NCBI RefSeq assembly: GCF_006345805.1
Contig: NC_042999.1
Span: forward strand, 102,052,001 to 102,116,000
Source of the DNA: Octopus sinensis
Lineage: Eukaryota
Reading direction: 5' to 3'
Length of the DNA: 64,000 nt
Part shown: positions 12,792 through 25,975 of the stretch, piece after piece
How positions within the stretch are numbered: the stretch's first letter is position 1
Layout: every line of letters starts with the position of its first letter
Made by a program: the position numbers and the translations under genes
The notes under the pieces: model-generated
Seen by the model: only the letters and a program-made list of their open reading frames with translations
Told to the model about the DNA's origin: nothing
Database searches by the model: none

Positions 12792-13789
12792 TATATATAT
12801 ATAATATATATATATATATATAGTGGCAGAAGTGAAAAAAGCACTGTCTAAGAAATTTTAGCTAATTTATATTCATATGGGTCGTCGCTGTACGAAAAAA
12901 TTCATTAAAAAAATTCAAATCAGTAAATTTTATAAGAGTCTATCGTTCTCCCTCCTATGAAAAATGCCTTAGAAACTGGCAGATAATTCAGGTGCAAATC
13001 ACACCCTAAAATTATCCAAACCAATGCTATATTGAAGCATACAAAACATGAGGATAGTAGTAACAGGTAGAAAAACCAAAGTATTTCAATTATAGTTCAC
13101 AAGTTTTTCTAGAAGCCACAAAGTAAAATGTCGCTGCTATTAACATTAGTAGCGAATCTACAACAGTCATAGTAGCAACAACAAAAACATCAATAATAGC
13201 AACTACATTAAAAACAAAAACGAAAACAGTAGAAATAAAAAGTTTAAAAACCCACACTTGCATCGTCTGCAAACACATAAGGTATACCCCAATCTCTGAA
13301 AGTTATTAAAAACATGAAACTGCCACAAACTTTATGTTGTTGTTGCCTTCCTAGAAACAATTCGTTTAGTGACGACGTTGAACCGAAAATTTTCCCTTTG
13401 ATCAGATCTAAAAGGACAAAGAGCCTCAATATCGAAAAAGTTGGCAGGCCTAATGTCACAGAGGAGAACGCTGTTAAGTTCTAACGGATCTACCAGATGA
13501 CGATGAACAACACAAACCAGAAGAGCAAAAACAACAAAAATAGAGAAAGGCAGTAAGAGCATCAAGAACAATAAATGTAACAATAAGAACAACGACAAAA
13601 ACAAAAACTACTTCTGAACTTTCAATTGCAAGAACAACAAAGAGTTAATAGAGTTCATAAAGTTTCGACGAATACCGGAGCCGTCTCAGTAGCATCATAG
13701 CACCCACCCTGGGGAAAATCATTGCACTACCTTGTATACACACGACTTAAGACAGCTGTGTCCATCGTTTGTCATAGTGTGTAGAGTGA

Positions 13790-13975
13790 AATCGTTGTTA
13801 GTCGATCGATCGTAAAATTTGTCTCCTCTATCTGGTATCTCCGGCAAAAGAGGTATGAGATTGCGAGGACCGAGGAGAGACACAGTCCTCTTACAACAAC
13901 TTTTTCAATTACCACCTGAAAAAGGAGGTTGAGAGTAGAGGGTGAAGAGCGACTCTTCTGCAAATGGTTCCAGTC
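13790..13975 (+). pseudogene. L1/Tx1-clade LINE C-terminal fragment (decayed)
   Basis: With one frameshift reads SRSIVKFV...NFFNYHLK/RRLRVEGE, resembling the Tx1-type C-terminal FFxYHLKRKLRVER pattern. Confidence 0.45.
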
Positions 13976-14789
13976 ACAATTTTAGTTCGTAATTTCTAAG
14001 CAATGAGAAGGCACATGATTAAGTGTTGAGGAATCTTTAGAGATTTCTAAGATGTCCTGCTTTCCCCTTCATTCCTAGCGAATTGTATCCAATAACCCGT
14101 TTCAAATACTTGATCGGGTTGCAGACACAACTATATTGGACAGATAAGTATGACTTTGAGAAAGAGAACCGTTCCACATAAAGAGCAAATCCGTTTCCCG
14201 CAATACAGGCAAATTCCTCTCGGTGAACATATAGTAAAATGTGCAGATAACATCAAACCAAATTTCACAGTCTTTCCCTTCTACCAGTGCAAAGACACAA
14301 TCTCTCCACAAGAACGTTTAAATAAAGAAACTTTTTTTCATTGAAAAATATAGAACACGTCTTAATATACACGCATAACCAACTTTTATCTTTTTACATA
14401 TTTCAATTCACGAGTACATCACTGTACAAAAATCTCCTCACTAAACAAGTTTTTCGAAACTTGTTTTTAAATCTGTACAAAAATATTCCCCTCCCCTTAC
14501 CGAAAGGTGAACAGTTATCTCCCTTGCCCACAACAGTAACAATAATAACGATAACCAATTACCTCCTCCTTATTTTTCTACTTGTGAAGTCATTAACTCG
14601 TAAATATCATCACACACAACATAGACAAAATTTCTTCTTAAGAAAATACATAGTCAAATAAGTAAACCATAATATAATGAATAAGCGATAGCGAAACCGG
14701 TCGATATATTAAAAATTATATTAAAACTGTAAAGTGTGCGTATTTTCCGTTTTTAATTTCTTATATATATACATGTATATATCAGTTGC

Positions 14790-15151
14790 CTGGATTACTG
14801 CTTCCAGCTGTGGTCACACAACAGCGTGAAATTAACAGCTAACCTCGAAGCAATCCAGAGAAGATTCACAAAGAAGATCGTCACTTTGCAACAGTTCAGC
14901 TACTGGGAAAGGCTGAAAAAGCTAAGACTCTACTCCCTGGAGAGAAGGCGGGAGACGTATGCAGTAATATACATCTGGAAGATCCTGGAAGAAATTGTGC
15001 CAAATTTTGCATTGAAAGCTACATCAATGCCAGAACGGGACGACACTGCATAGTGCCAAAGATTCCAGCAACGCCATCGCGCTTCAGGACCAGTTACTGC
15101 AACAGCCTGGGTTTCAGGGGCCCACAGCTTTTTAATATTCTCCCAAAGAGC
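14790..15151 (+). pseudogene. CR1/L2-group LINE RT C-terminal fragment
   Basis: LDYCFQLWS...LEAIQRRFTKKI...SYWERLKKLRLYSLERRRETYAVIYIWKILEEIVPNF and GPQLFNILPK are typical CR1-group thumb/C-terminal motifs. Confidence 0.88.
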
Positions 15152-15152
15152 G

Positions 15153-15366
15153 TCTATATGTTTGTGTGTCTGTGTTTGGCCCCCCAACATCGCTTGACAA
15201 CCGATGTTGGTGTGTTTACGCCCCCGTAACTTAGTGGTTTGGCAACGTGACCGATTGAAGAATTACTAAGCTTACAAAGAATAAGTCCTGGGGTCAATTT
15301 GCTCGACTAAAGGCGGTGCTCCAGCATGGCCGCAGTCAAATGACTGAAACAAGTAAAATAATAAAG
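15153..15366 (+). mobile_element. SINE family A, 3' half
   Basis: Matches the 12561-12753 copy closely. Confidence 0.88.
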
Positions 15367-16619
15367 AAAATAATAAAATACACACACATATATATTTATA
15401 TATGTACGTAAATACATACATGGGCATACAAAGGTATATTAAATACCATACAACATAAATTATTGATTTATTAAAAACATCTCCGCCGCTACAGGATGTG
15501 TCGTTATCACCAGATGGCAATTAAGATGAGGGCTGCATGAGAAGAGGCAATACATCTCAAGTATTCTCCGAAGTTGACATGGCAATAAGGTAGATAGATA
15601 CACACACACGCGCATATTCGTAAGTATTGTGTATGTGTATTTATTTTGTCTTGAAGGTAATGCTGCTTATGCTGTGTCCTTTGATGTTTCGTAAACAGCG
15701 TTTCGACAAAGAAATCGATAAAATAAGTACTGAACTGAAGTAAGTATTGGGGCTGTTATGATCAACTTAAAAACTATTGAGGTCGGTGAAGCAGCTGGTC
15801 CACAGTTTGGTAAATGAATGAAATACAGTGTGCGCACACGCAGACACAGAAAAATAGATGCACCGTGAGCGCGTACATTCCTCCCCTTCTCTCTCTATCT
15901 CCAACATATACAGATGTAAAAATGTGAGTCGACATGCAGTTTACGGTCGTAAATTGTCCTAAAAATAATGAATGTAGACTGCGAGATAAACTGGAAGTGA
16001 CGACAGTGAAATCTCAGTTTCATGTAAATAGTCTATGTGATATAACAAATGAACGGAACGTACATGTACTTAATATAACATGAAAGTCATACGTATATTT
16101 TATATACAGATATAAACAATCACACTTCTTAGTGGTGTTAGTTGCTGGGAACGGTGTAACTGAACTGCTCCTCTAGAAATACTTAACACATCACTATAAG
16201 GTTCTGTACTTGTAGGGACGCGGAACGATAAGGGAGTATATGAAATTTTGAGATGTCACTCTTGTCACTTCCAGATTTTATCATTATTTCCTTTCACTTT
16301 TTTAGGACAATTTACTTTCACTTCTTTTTTTTTACGATCGTAAACTGCATAATAAGCAGGTTCTGTACGTGGAAAGTCATGCTTCAGTGTATGCTTGTAG
16401 AATGCGGAGAGACAACTCTGGTGTGTTCTCTCCAGAGCTAAAACACAGGCAAGGTTATATGGAAGACCAGAAGTTGCAAATGCACAGCTATTGTTTAAAG
16501 GGAAGAGACAAGGGCCGATAAAACTCGACACTAGTGTCGTCGCAGGAGCTACCAGAACGAAGTTGGAACACAACTTCGAACTCTTTTAAGGACTTTAGCT
16601 CGATGATACTCGTACGTTT

Positions 16620-16738
16620 TTATCGATACCGGAAGTATGAAAGGCAAAGTTGACCCTGGTGCGATTCGAACACAATATAAAGGAGCCGGAACAAATAGTA
16701 TAAGGCATTTGTCTGATGCTCTAACGATTCTGCCTCCA
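16620..16738 (-). mobile_element. SINE family B, degenerate
   Basis: gaaaggcaaagttgacc...tctaacgattctgcc. Confidence 0.65.
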
Positions 16739-17313
16739 CACATCATACATAAACACATAAGCGCATGCGCACGCACACGCACACACACACACACACAATG
16801 TTCGCAAATAACAAATAACTATTACAGTTTCAGATCAAGCATTTACGTGCAGTTCTTTTTTTTATTATTATTATTATTAATATTGTTATTTTGGTGGGTG
16901 GTCGCCATCAAAAGCCTTTACGTCTGAGTCAGAACCTATTTACTCCTTTCAATAGTTTTAAGCCTCGAAAGATGACACGTAATCAACAGAGATCAATCAG
17001 GATCCATTCGCTTTGATGTGGTGATATAATGTATTTACCCTCTGCCTCCCACAACCTACCCACTTCTTCCTTTTTCATCCTTAATTTTTGTTGTTTTTTG
17101 TTTTTTGGGATATCATATTTTGCTAAGAGTTGATGATATGCTTCTGATATTCCACACATCTTCTGCATTATACATACAGAAATACATACGAGTGTATACA
17201 CATACGTAATATACATTCACACACATACAGATATATACATATAAGTATATATACATTTAAGTATATATATATATATGCGCGCGTGCATATCTATCTATCT
17301 ATCTATCTATCTT

Positions 17314-17351
<38 letters not shown>

Positions 17352-17373
17352 CGCGCGCGTGCATATCTATCTT

Positions 17374-17432
<59 letters not shown>

Positions 17433-17543
17433 ACAGATATAAATAACACATACGTGTGTGTGTGTGTGTGTGTGTGACACTGTGAGAATGTGCTTGTATG
17501 CGTGCGCATGTGTGTAAGGAGACGGAAGGAAGGGTGTTCTTAC

Positions 17544-17678
17544 GATTTCTTCAACTTCAGAGGAGCAAGCTTTGCCCTCCCGATGTTTGCAATGTTTGTT
17601 CTTCCTCTAAGCCGACATGTTCTTATTGCCGACGCAGCACCAGTCCTTTGATGCGTGCCTTTTGGAAATTTTGAGAAC
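17544..17678 (-). CDS. Candidate internal exon (135 bp, frame-preserving) of an unidentified gene
   Basis: Minus strand ttgactatccttacag|GTTCTC...GAAATC|gtaaga; one open frame FSKFPKGTHQRTGAASAIRTCRLRGRTNIANIGRAKLAPLKLKK; unique, GC-richer sequence. Protein not recognised. Confidence 0.35.
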
Positions 17679-17899
17679 CTGTAAGGATAGTCAAGATTTT
17701 TTTTTTCTGACGAGTTTAATTCCTGTGGGATGACTCATAGACGAGAAAATAACGTAAGGAGCCTCTTATAACGAGTGAAAAACAAAAATTCTTTCTTTCT
17801 TTATTATTATATATTTAGGGCTACAATTCAGAGCCCTGCTAACCAAAAACCAATGAATTAACTGAAGTTTATTTCATCTTTACCATCGTCACCAGCACC

Positions 17900-18039
17900 A
17901 ACACTACTACTACTACTACTACTACTAATAATAATAATACCACTACTACCACCACCACCACCACAACAACTACTAACACTGCCGCTGCTAATGTGGCTAC
18001 TACTACTGCTGTCACTTTCGCTGCTCCTGTGCCACTGCA

Positions 18040-18088
<49 letters not shown>

Positions 18089-18090
18089 AT
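17900..18090. repeat. Compound (CTA)n/(CCA)n trinucleotide repeats
   Basis: Directly visible. Confidence 0.9.
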
Positions 18091-19019
18091 AATAAAAACA
18101 ACACTGCCCTAATCACCATAGAAGAATTCGGTAAGTTTCACAAATTATTGTCAGTTGCGCTTTGAAAGTGAGGACGTGGACATTTTTGTTGACAATTTTG
18201 TACTGAAACTAACCCATAATATAGGGGTGTGGATTTTCCTTTTATCATGGTCCCAATACGAGGCCGTATCCTCGTTCCACCTTGTGTTTTAATAAAAAAA
18301 CAATCCATTTCTTTTTTTTATATATATATTTCGAGGAGATGGGAGAGGGATCAAAAAGCGATTTCAAATAGCAACAATTTCAGAATAGTTACAAAGAACA
18401 ACAAGCCAGTGTTGCCACCTTAGCAACTAAAAGCATTGGCGTACTGTCGAAGTCACTACTACCACTACGACGTTTTCTCATTGTAGAGACATCATGTGGA
18501 TAAGAAATCTTTCGCTGCCATTTGCAATAAAAGCGGCAATAGCAACAACAATAACAAGTGACCAAACAAAAATCATATTATCGTTTGCTTGCGTAGCGAG
18601 TCGATGGACGTCCTATTCGCTGGAAGTAAAAGCAAAAACGTCAGACATCTCAGAGTGATGAAATGTCTAACTGGAGAGATGAGCAACACCCAAACCGTGC
18701 TATCACCTACAAATGCGTTAGTCATACAGAGCGGAAGTTTCAGTATATGACTTTAGTACAAATCAAAATAAGATATCTGCTTTGCAGTCGAGTATGTAAC
18801 GCGAGAGAGACAGCACGAAACGATAATAACCGACTGCAACAGTAAGCGGGAAATTCAAAGTGGCCACAACCACATGCACGTCTGAGGAATTTGTGATAAT
18901 CCCCCTTTGTAGGTGGCAAACTCAGTCACCAACATGCTGCCCCAAGCGGACATAGCCCGAGAATCACAACAATGGCAGAATAACACAAGGAAGCCATAGG
19001 ATTTAAAGTTTGTTTGTAG

Positions 19020-19500
19020 TAGAACCGAGCAGAAACTAGAGGTATTGAGACGAATCCCGCGAGAAGTGGTTCACTGAAAAGCTTTGTCGACATATATGGA
19101 TGATATACTCATAGTAGTGTCTGACCAGCGAAAGTCGACAACGGAAGATCGCACCGTACTAAGGGAACATGAGTCGGTGACAGACGCAAAAAAAAAATAA
19201 TAATCTGGAGAAGTCGCTGTGCTTTACAACTCGAGATTTAGATAGGAACTGGACTGACTGATCAATTAAGTTTGATGTATGGTTTGTTCCCAACTTGTAG
19301 GTGGATAAAAATTGGAAAGACTTTAATTAACAGGATAACTGATCACACCCAGAATCGGGCCGGGAGGGAACTATTCACGAAAATTCAAGCAAAGGTAGCA
19401 TCGTGCCTTGCCCCAGTTTTCGTTTAACCAGAACGGAACTGTAGAACAACTGACTCTAGCAGAATTGGATCTTGCATTGTGCCTGTGAAGCAAAAGAAAA
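19020..19500 (+). pseudogene. L1/Tx1-clade LINE RT core fragment
   Basis: QKLEVLRRIPREV..KALSTYMDDILIVVSD (YMDD at 19093-19104), VLREHESVTDAK..NLEKS, WTD.SIKFDVWFVPNL.VDKNW follow the Tx1/L1 RT motif order; stops and frameshifts. Confidence 0.75.
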
Positions 19501-21142
19501 TTTGGTTTATTTTGCAAAAAGAAAAAAGAAAGAAAACGAAAAAATCTAAATTATTCGAGAGTAGCCTTGAGTTGAAGAAATTTTTTTAAATATTTGATAC
19601 ATTTTTATATTTGGAAAAACATTATTTACTTGTGCTCTCAATTATCCTGGGAATATTATTTAGGTTATTCTGGTAAAGCGAGATGGAATATTGCTGGCCG
19701 CAAATATGATAGCAATAGAGCGTCCCTCACTTCCCCAGATCTAAAAATGAAACAGAAAAAAAAAAAAACAAACAAAAAATATATTTGGGCAGACGAACAG
19801 CTTTGAACACAGATATTTGCACTTTTACAAATACAAATGAAATAAGTATCGCTAGCACGAAATTAAAGAAATATGGACAGCTTTGCTGGCAATGTGAACT
19901 AAAGAGAAACGCTGGGCACTGCTCGGTTTCAACTAAAGAAAAAAAGCAATGGGAGAGATACGTTCTTACGGAAAGAGCAAGAAGGAAAGTGACTTACAAA
20001 GTTTTCCCAAAAACTTAGAGGTGTTCTCAAATGGGTTGGGAGAAATTCTGCTTATGTGCTGCATGATATGTACACCAACGGTCGGGAAGGGCATGTGTGA
20101 GGGTATGTCTAATTTTAAAACCGAGGGCGACTGGCGGAGTTATTGTTTCACACATCTACCTTCAATCTGCTGCTGCAATAAACAAGGGAAGGAAACAAGG
20201 ACGACGGCGAGAGATAATACGGATTCTGATTGGTTATTTGTCAGGGTTGCAGGACAGTACGTACAGGCGGTGAGCACAGAGATGATATATAATAACATGT
20301 GGCCACATGGTGGTCTATGGTTACACAGTATTTCATGACCCTCGAAGGCTATCTCGAAGCTGTAACCCACCATACGAGCAAAAAGAGAGGTAATCAAACC
20401 GAAGTTACAAGCTAGAAATCCCTGTTGTAATATGTGAGCCACCTTAGGGCTTTCTGTCCAGAAGAATTAGAAAAGTGGGGAAAGAAAGACGGCGGTGAAC
20501 AACAGCAGAGACAACAACATTAACAAGCCCTGGATGGAAATTGTTGTTTCTAGAGTTCTACCATTCGCAACTCCAAAGATATCAAAAGAAATCATCTCTT
20601 TATTGCCAGGATCTGACCAGAAAAATGTTGAGAAGCCACTGCTTCAGCATAGATCTGGTCAGAGACCACGGCTTGTAGGAAACAGAAGGTTGTGAAGAAT
20701 GGTAACATGTTGCGGAAAAAGTATAAAAAAAAGACAGGAAACAAGTAAAATGCAGGTACAAACTGAAGGTAAGCAGCATGCAAGAAGGGGATCCCTAACC
20801 ACTGAGAATACATAGAAGCTTTTCAAGTTGCGAACATGGATCTGATTTTTATGTTGAATGACTGGCAAGAAGACTTGCTGTTCGAGAATGAGATAGGGTC
20901 AAATTTTAAAGAACTATGCTATCTATGTATCAACAGCTAAAGTGTAGTTACCAAGAAGTGGGAAGATTTCCGCCTAACCCAAAATCAAAGCTGTTCAAAG
21001 GCTCTTTAGGAAATGCCAGTTACTAAGCACCACGAGTAGAAGGCGATCAGAGTTAGTCGTGGGGATACACTGATGTCGCGTAGGTGTTGACTTCTCCCCC
21101 GTACGTACATGAATTGTCTTTCTTTGTTATATGTGAGCGCGC

Positions 21143-21267
<125 letters not shown>

Positions 21268-21545
21268 CTTTATATGTACAGCTCCACGTATCTTGTAATT
21301 CTTTCATAACAGGTTATTAACAATGTATGTGTTACGAAGAAGACTGATATCTGTTTGAGATTTTTGATAAACATACTATTTAGTCTTTTCGTAAAGAAAA
21401 AAGTTTAAAAAAGTATTAACTATGAACAACAAAACATCGAGAGATTGTTCTTGGATTGGTGTGATTGTAACAGCAGTCAAAATGTTAGCTGGTCCATGTG
21501 TTACTGTCGCCGTTGGTCTATTATGGTTAGCTGTTTGTTATACTT

Positions 21546-21659
21546 CTGTCTTCTGATAATTCCTGTTTGCCGGCTGTTCATTGCTTTTATGTTGATCCGC
21601 TGTCTTCTGATAACTCTCGTTCGCCGTCAGTTCATTGCTTTTATGTTGATCCGCTGTCT
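21546..21659. repeat. 54-bp tandem duplication (2.1 units)
   Basis: ctgtcttctgataa...gttcattgcttttatgttgatccg at 21546-21599 and 21600-21653. Confidence 0.85.
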
Positions 21660-21879
21660 GTTTACTGAGCTAAATATATAGCGGTGGTTTGGCTCAGAAA
21701 GAAGCGTGCCTAAGATGAAATTGTTGTAGGCCAGATTTTTTTAATGACGCAATTAATATTCTAGTGAATCGCGACACCAAATATAGTGATTTGATTGTTA
21801 AATATTCCATATTGGTAATATATATATATATATATATACTCTTGTAAGTAAACTAATAAATGGCTATCATCATCATTAT

Positions 21880-22243
21880 TAAGGCAGTGAGCTGACAGAA
21901 TCGTTAGCACGCCGGACAAGATGCTTAGTGGCACTTCTTCTAACTTTACGTTCTAAGTTCAAATGCCACCGAAGTCGACTTTGACTTTCGAGGTCGATAA
22001 AATAAGTACCAGTTGCGCACTGAGGTCTATGTCAATGACTTACTCTCCCCTTCAAAATTTCAGTAGAACGAATTATTATTACGCCGGGCAAAATATTCAG
22101 CGCCATTTCTTCCGTCTTTACGTTCTGAGTTCAAATTCCGCAGAGATTGATTTTACTTTTCATTCTTTCGGGGTCGATGTTATAAATTTATTCCCTCCCT
22201 TGAATTTGCTGGCCTTGTGCCAAAATTTGAAATTGTTGTTGGC

Positions 22244-22286
<43 letters not shown>

Positions 22287-22830
22287 ACAGTAGTAGTATA
22301 AAGCAGTCAAATACTGGGGCCAATGTAATCGACTTGCAAACCCATTCAAAATTGCTAGCTTTATGCCAAAATTAGAATTATTATTATTATCATTGTTGTT
22401 GTTAAAGAGCATTTAGTTCCTTTGCATATTTGCTTCCGTTCTGATTTCAAATTCCACCGAATTCGACTTTGATTCTTTACTTGTCCGGGGTCGATACAAT
22501 ATAAATACCAGTTAAACACTGAGCTCCATTAAATAAATTATACTAAACACATTCATATAAAATTGTGGTGTTTTCTCGGGGTATGAAACCATTATTAATA
22601 CTTATAGGTAAAGCGAGGGATACCAGATACGGTAGAGTGCCTTGGTGTAGTTAACCACGCCTCCTTACGTTCTGAATTAAACTCCCACCACTGTTGCCTT
22701 TGCCTTTTATTCTACACCGATCGATAAATTAAGTACCAGACTAGTCAAGTATTTTTTGTCGATTTGATCGAACATGCTCTCTCCCACCAAAACGTATGGC
22801 CTTGCGCCTTGCATCAGCGTTAAAAATCAA
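21880..22830 (+). mobile_element. Cluster of about 5 co-oriented SINE family B copies or fragments with an (AGT)n spacer
   Basis: Repeated gttagcacgcc / ttctgagttcaaattcc / ggggtcgat motifs near 21880, 22080, 22310, 22420 and 22620. Confidence 0.8.
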
Positions 22831-23635
22831 TATTATTAACGCATTGTTATGGCAGATTGCCTGACTAAAGCCCTTTCAGTATTTAGTTCCGTCAAATGTG
22901 AATGTACGATGGAGTAAATGTATTGTATTCAATAGTAAAAGTTTTCGCCATCACAGCACTGTAATCTAATAGACTGGATAAATATAAACATATGTCTTTT
23001 CAGCATTTTCTTTGAAGATTTATCGCAAGTAGGACAGAAATCGGTCAGATCGATCCCCTTTTTCTGCCCACGAAGTGACTGGAACAAAAACAACATTTGT
23101 TTATATTCGTCTAGTGTGTATGATCACACGCTGCAGTAACAGTTTAAACTTGTAGAGTTTATATAGCATATACGCTATTGTACATTTCCATTATCCTTAG
23201 ACATGTTTCTTAGCTCAATAATTACTCCATTTTCCGGTTGAGGACGGTCCGACCTCGAAGCCACACCTAAATTTTAACTTGAAATTTTGGAGAAAGAAAA
23301 AAACAAACGTAAAAACATACTTTTATATAGTTTATTGAAATGTTTTGTTAGTGCCTAAGCGACATGTAAATCCGGGTGATCACTAATAATAAAAACGGAA
23401 TTGTTTTTCTTATTAATCTTACAGTATGGAGACATGAGTAAGCCTCACCTGGGGCTCCTGTGTCAAAATTGCATTATGAGAAATATAACCTTCGTCTTCT
23501 TGGACGCACAGTAAATTTTCGAGATGTACGTTAGGGAGGAAAAATAGTCTCCTCGGCCCAGGAAATATAGTAATTAGTAAAATTAACAACAAGCAAAGTG
23601 CTATCTATTTAAAATGAATGTTCGAGTTCAATGAT

Positions 23636-23733
23636 GGGTTGGGTTAGGGTTAGAGTTAGGGTAACAGTTAGGGTTAGGGTTAAAGTTAGGGTTGGGTTAG
23701 AGTTAGAGTTAGGGTTAGGGGTGGGGGGAAGGG
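23636..23733 (+). repeat. Interstitial degenerate (TTAGGG)n tract
   Basis: gggttgggttagggttagagttaggg...ttagggttaggggtggggggaaggg. Confidence 0.9.
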
Positions 23734-23914
23734 TATCTTTTTTTCTTCAGAATTGTAAATAAACCCAATCTGTTTCTTAAACGAATATATAATATGTTAT
23801 GTGTGTATCTGTGCAACAGAGAGGGAAATTAAAACTGCATATGTTGTGAACTTAGAATATGTGTTTATTAATAAAAGTTTAATAACGATAATCTTTTATT
23901 CATACGAACGTAAC

Positions 23915-24205
23915 TGATATGAAATATGTCATAAATAACAGTGACAAATTCATATGGCACCGCAAATAATTGTTGTTGACAAAGATCCGGAGAGATTGTA
24001 TTTACCTCAATAGACGTCATTGATTGGTTGAAACTGCCGAAATGCAAAAAATTAAACAAGAAATAGCTTATAAACTACAGAATTTTCTCAAGAAAGCCAA
24101 GAGAAAAAGATGTTTTATGTAACACACTACCAGTATACAAAGTCTAAAAGTGTTTAGTTACAAAGAAATTATTTTTAAAATCTACCGGTCAAAGCGAAAA
24201 TATCC
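23915..24205. mobile_element. Family D MITE, single (right) arm
   Basis: gtcataaataacagtgacaaa...gacgtcattgattggttgaaa...gtgtttagttacaaag...gaaaatatcc aligns to 6060-6339. Confidence 0.8.
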
Positions 24206-24370
24206 TTCTTGTGCTATGTCACAGCTTAATGGCAAGCGCGTGAGCTGATGACATGATGGACGCCTGCCACTGAAGAAACGCACTAGGCTGAAATCACATG
24301 ATCAGGTAGTTTCGGCACCCATGCCGGACGATTGTCGTCTGCTACGACACACACACACATACACACACAC

Positions 24371-24723
24371 ATTCTTTTACTTGTTTCAGTCATTTAACTG
24401 TGGCCATGCTGGAGCACTACCTTTAGTCGAACAAATCGACCCCAGGACTTATTCTTTGTAAGCCTATTACTTATTCTATGGTCACTTTTGCCGAGCCGCT
24501 AAGTTACGGGGACGTAACACACCAACATCGGTTTCAAGCGATGGTGGGGAGACAAACACAGACACGACGGGCTTCTTCCAGTTTTCCGCCAACCAAATCC
24601 ACTCACAAGGGTTTGGTCAGCCCAAGGATAAAGTAGAAGACACTTTCCCAAGGTGCCATGCAGTGGGACTGAACCCGGAATCATGAGGTTGAGAAGCAAG
24701 CTTCTTACTGCACAGCCACTCCT
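24371..24723 (-). mobile_element. Full-length SINE family A
   Basis: Reverse complement of the 1290-1666 element, including B box gggttcagtccc. Confidence 0.9.
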
Positions 24724-24799
24724 TTTTTTTTCTTCCAGTAATACATGGAGGATAATTCAGTCCATTAGAGAATCCTACAACAATAATGATGAACCATGA

Positions 24800-25040
24800 A
24801 GAATCCTCAACAACCCATAAAGGAGTATCCACGAGGTCACTCAACCAGCAAGCAATAGTAGCTAAAATCCCTCTCAAGTCACACTCCCTACTGTATTAAA
24901 AAGAAAAAAAAAGGGCACAAGATGATATAATGAAGGATTACATTCTGAAAAACAACAAAAAGAGAGGAACGATCATGGCAGAAATGTATTTGATCATCAG
25001 TCTGTTCGGTCAGAGCCGACTTGGAGCTACAGAACAATGA
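24800..25040 (+). repeat. Old dispersed repeat family E (other pieces near 3775-3850, 4020, 4260-4330, 45350-45480, 53900, 57240, 57655-57730)
   Basis: Recurrent degenerate motifs gacctgctagaaatagcagccaaatc and atggtcatggctggaatg..tttgatcatag; class unknown. Confidence 0.55.
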
Positions 25041-25206
25041 AATTATTGCAATCTTGCTGCCTTGTTACAATCATTATTTTCATTCTTTATCATTGAAATT
25101 GAGTACAACTGACAAAAATTGACTTTTAAAGTGATTAAAAACTTCATTGTGGTTGTTCATTCTGTTTCATTGCATCTTGGTTGAAACATTTAAGGACGAG
25201 CTTTTC

Positions 25207-25208
25207 AA

Positions 25209-25303
<95 letters not shown>
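25207..25303. repeat. (TAA)n microsatellite
   Basis: About 32 near-perfect units. Confidence 0.95.
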
Positions 25304-25306
<3 letters not shown>

Positions 25307-25401
25307 TACTATAAACAACAGCAGTTCTATGCTTGGATTGACAAAGACATCAGATTGATATAAAGTGATGTAAACACTATAGAGAAAGAGAGGGGGAAGA
25401 G

Positions 25402-25458
<57 letters not shown>

Positions 25459-25944
25459 TTTGCTGGCACTTATCGGAGAACTGAAAATTAGAAAACAGAC
25501 TAAAACTTTTAAACATTCACACACATCATACATACCAACATATACACATATATATCAATGCCAGCAATGGCTATGTCAATATATAAGTGAATATATGTAT
25601 TAATAAGCGAGACACATATACATACCTACATATACACACACATACATATACATACACGCATATATATATAGATATTATACTTGTATACGTACACACACAC
25701 ATACACACACATTGGGAAGTTCTATGACAGATGCATATACACTTGTATAGATATATCCATACATTTTTACATATAGATGCATACACTTATATGCACACAT
25801 GTCTATATATATATATGTCTGTGTATATACATATATACATATGTGTATATATATATATATATATACATATTTACATACATATATATTTACACACTTATAT
25901 GCATATGTATATATCAATATATACACATATAAATATAACAAATG

Positions 25945-25975
<31 letters not shown>

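Noticed and set aside
16360-16610. Plus-strand exon-like GC-richer block
   Set aside because: Stops in all frames between the putative splice sites, weak acceptor, no recognisable protein.
19900-21100. Coding-like purine-rich region, possibly decayed LTR gag
   Set aside because: No intact CCHC, protease or other motif could be read; left unassigned.
23636-23733. Relic telomere or chromosome-fusion site
   Set aside because: Short, degenerate, single orientation and adjacent to a MITE arm; no head-to-head TTAGGG/CCCTAA junction.
24245-24290. CTGATGA...GAAAC suggesting another hammerhead
   Set aside because: No convincing stem I or II pairing and no UH cleavage site in the right position.
25205-25533. 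Poly-Leu and SLSL ORFs
   Set aside because: Reverse translations of (TAA)n and (GA)n.
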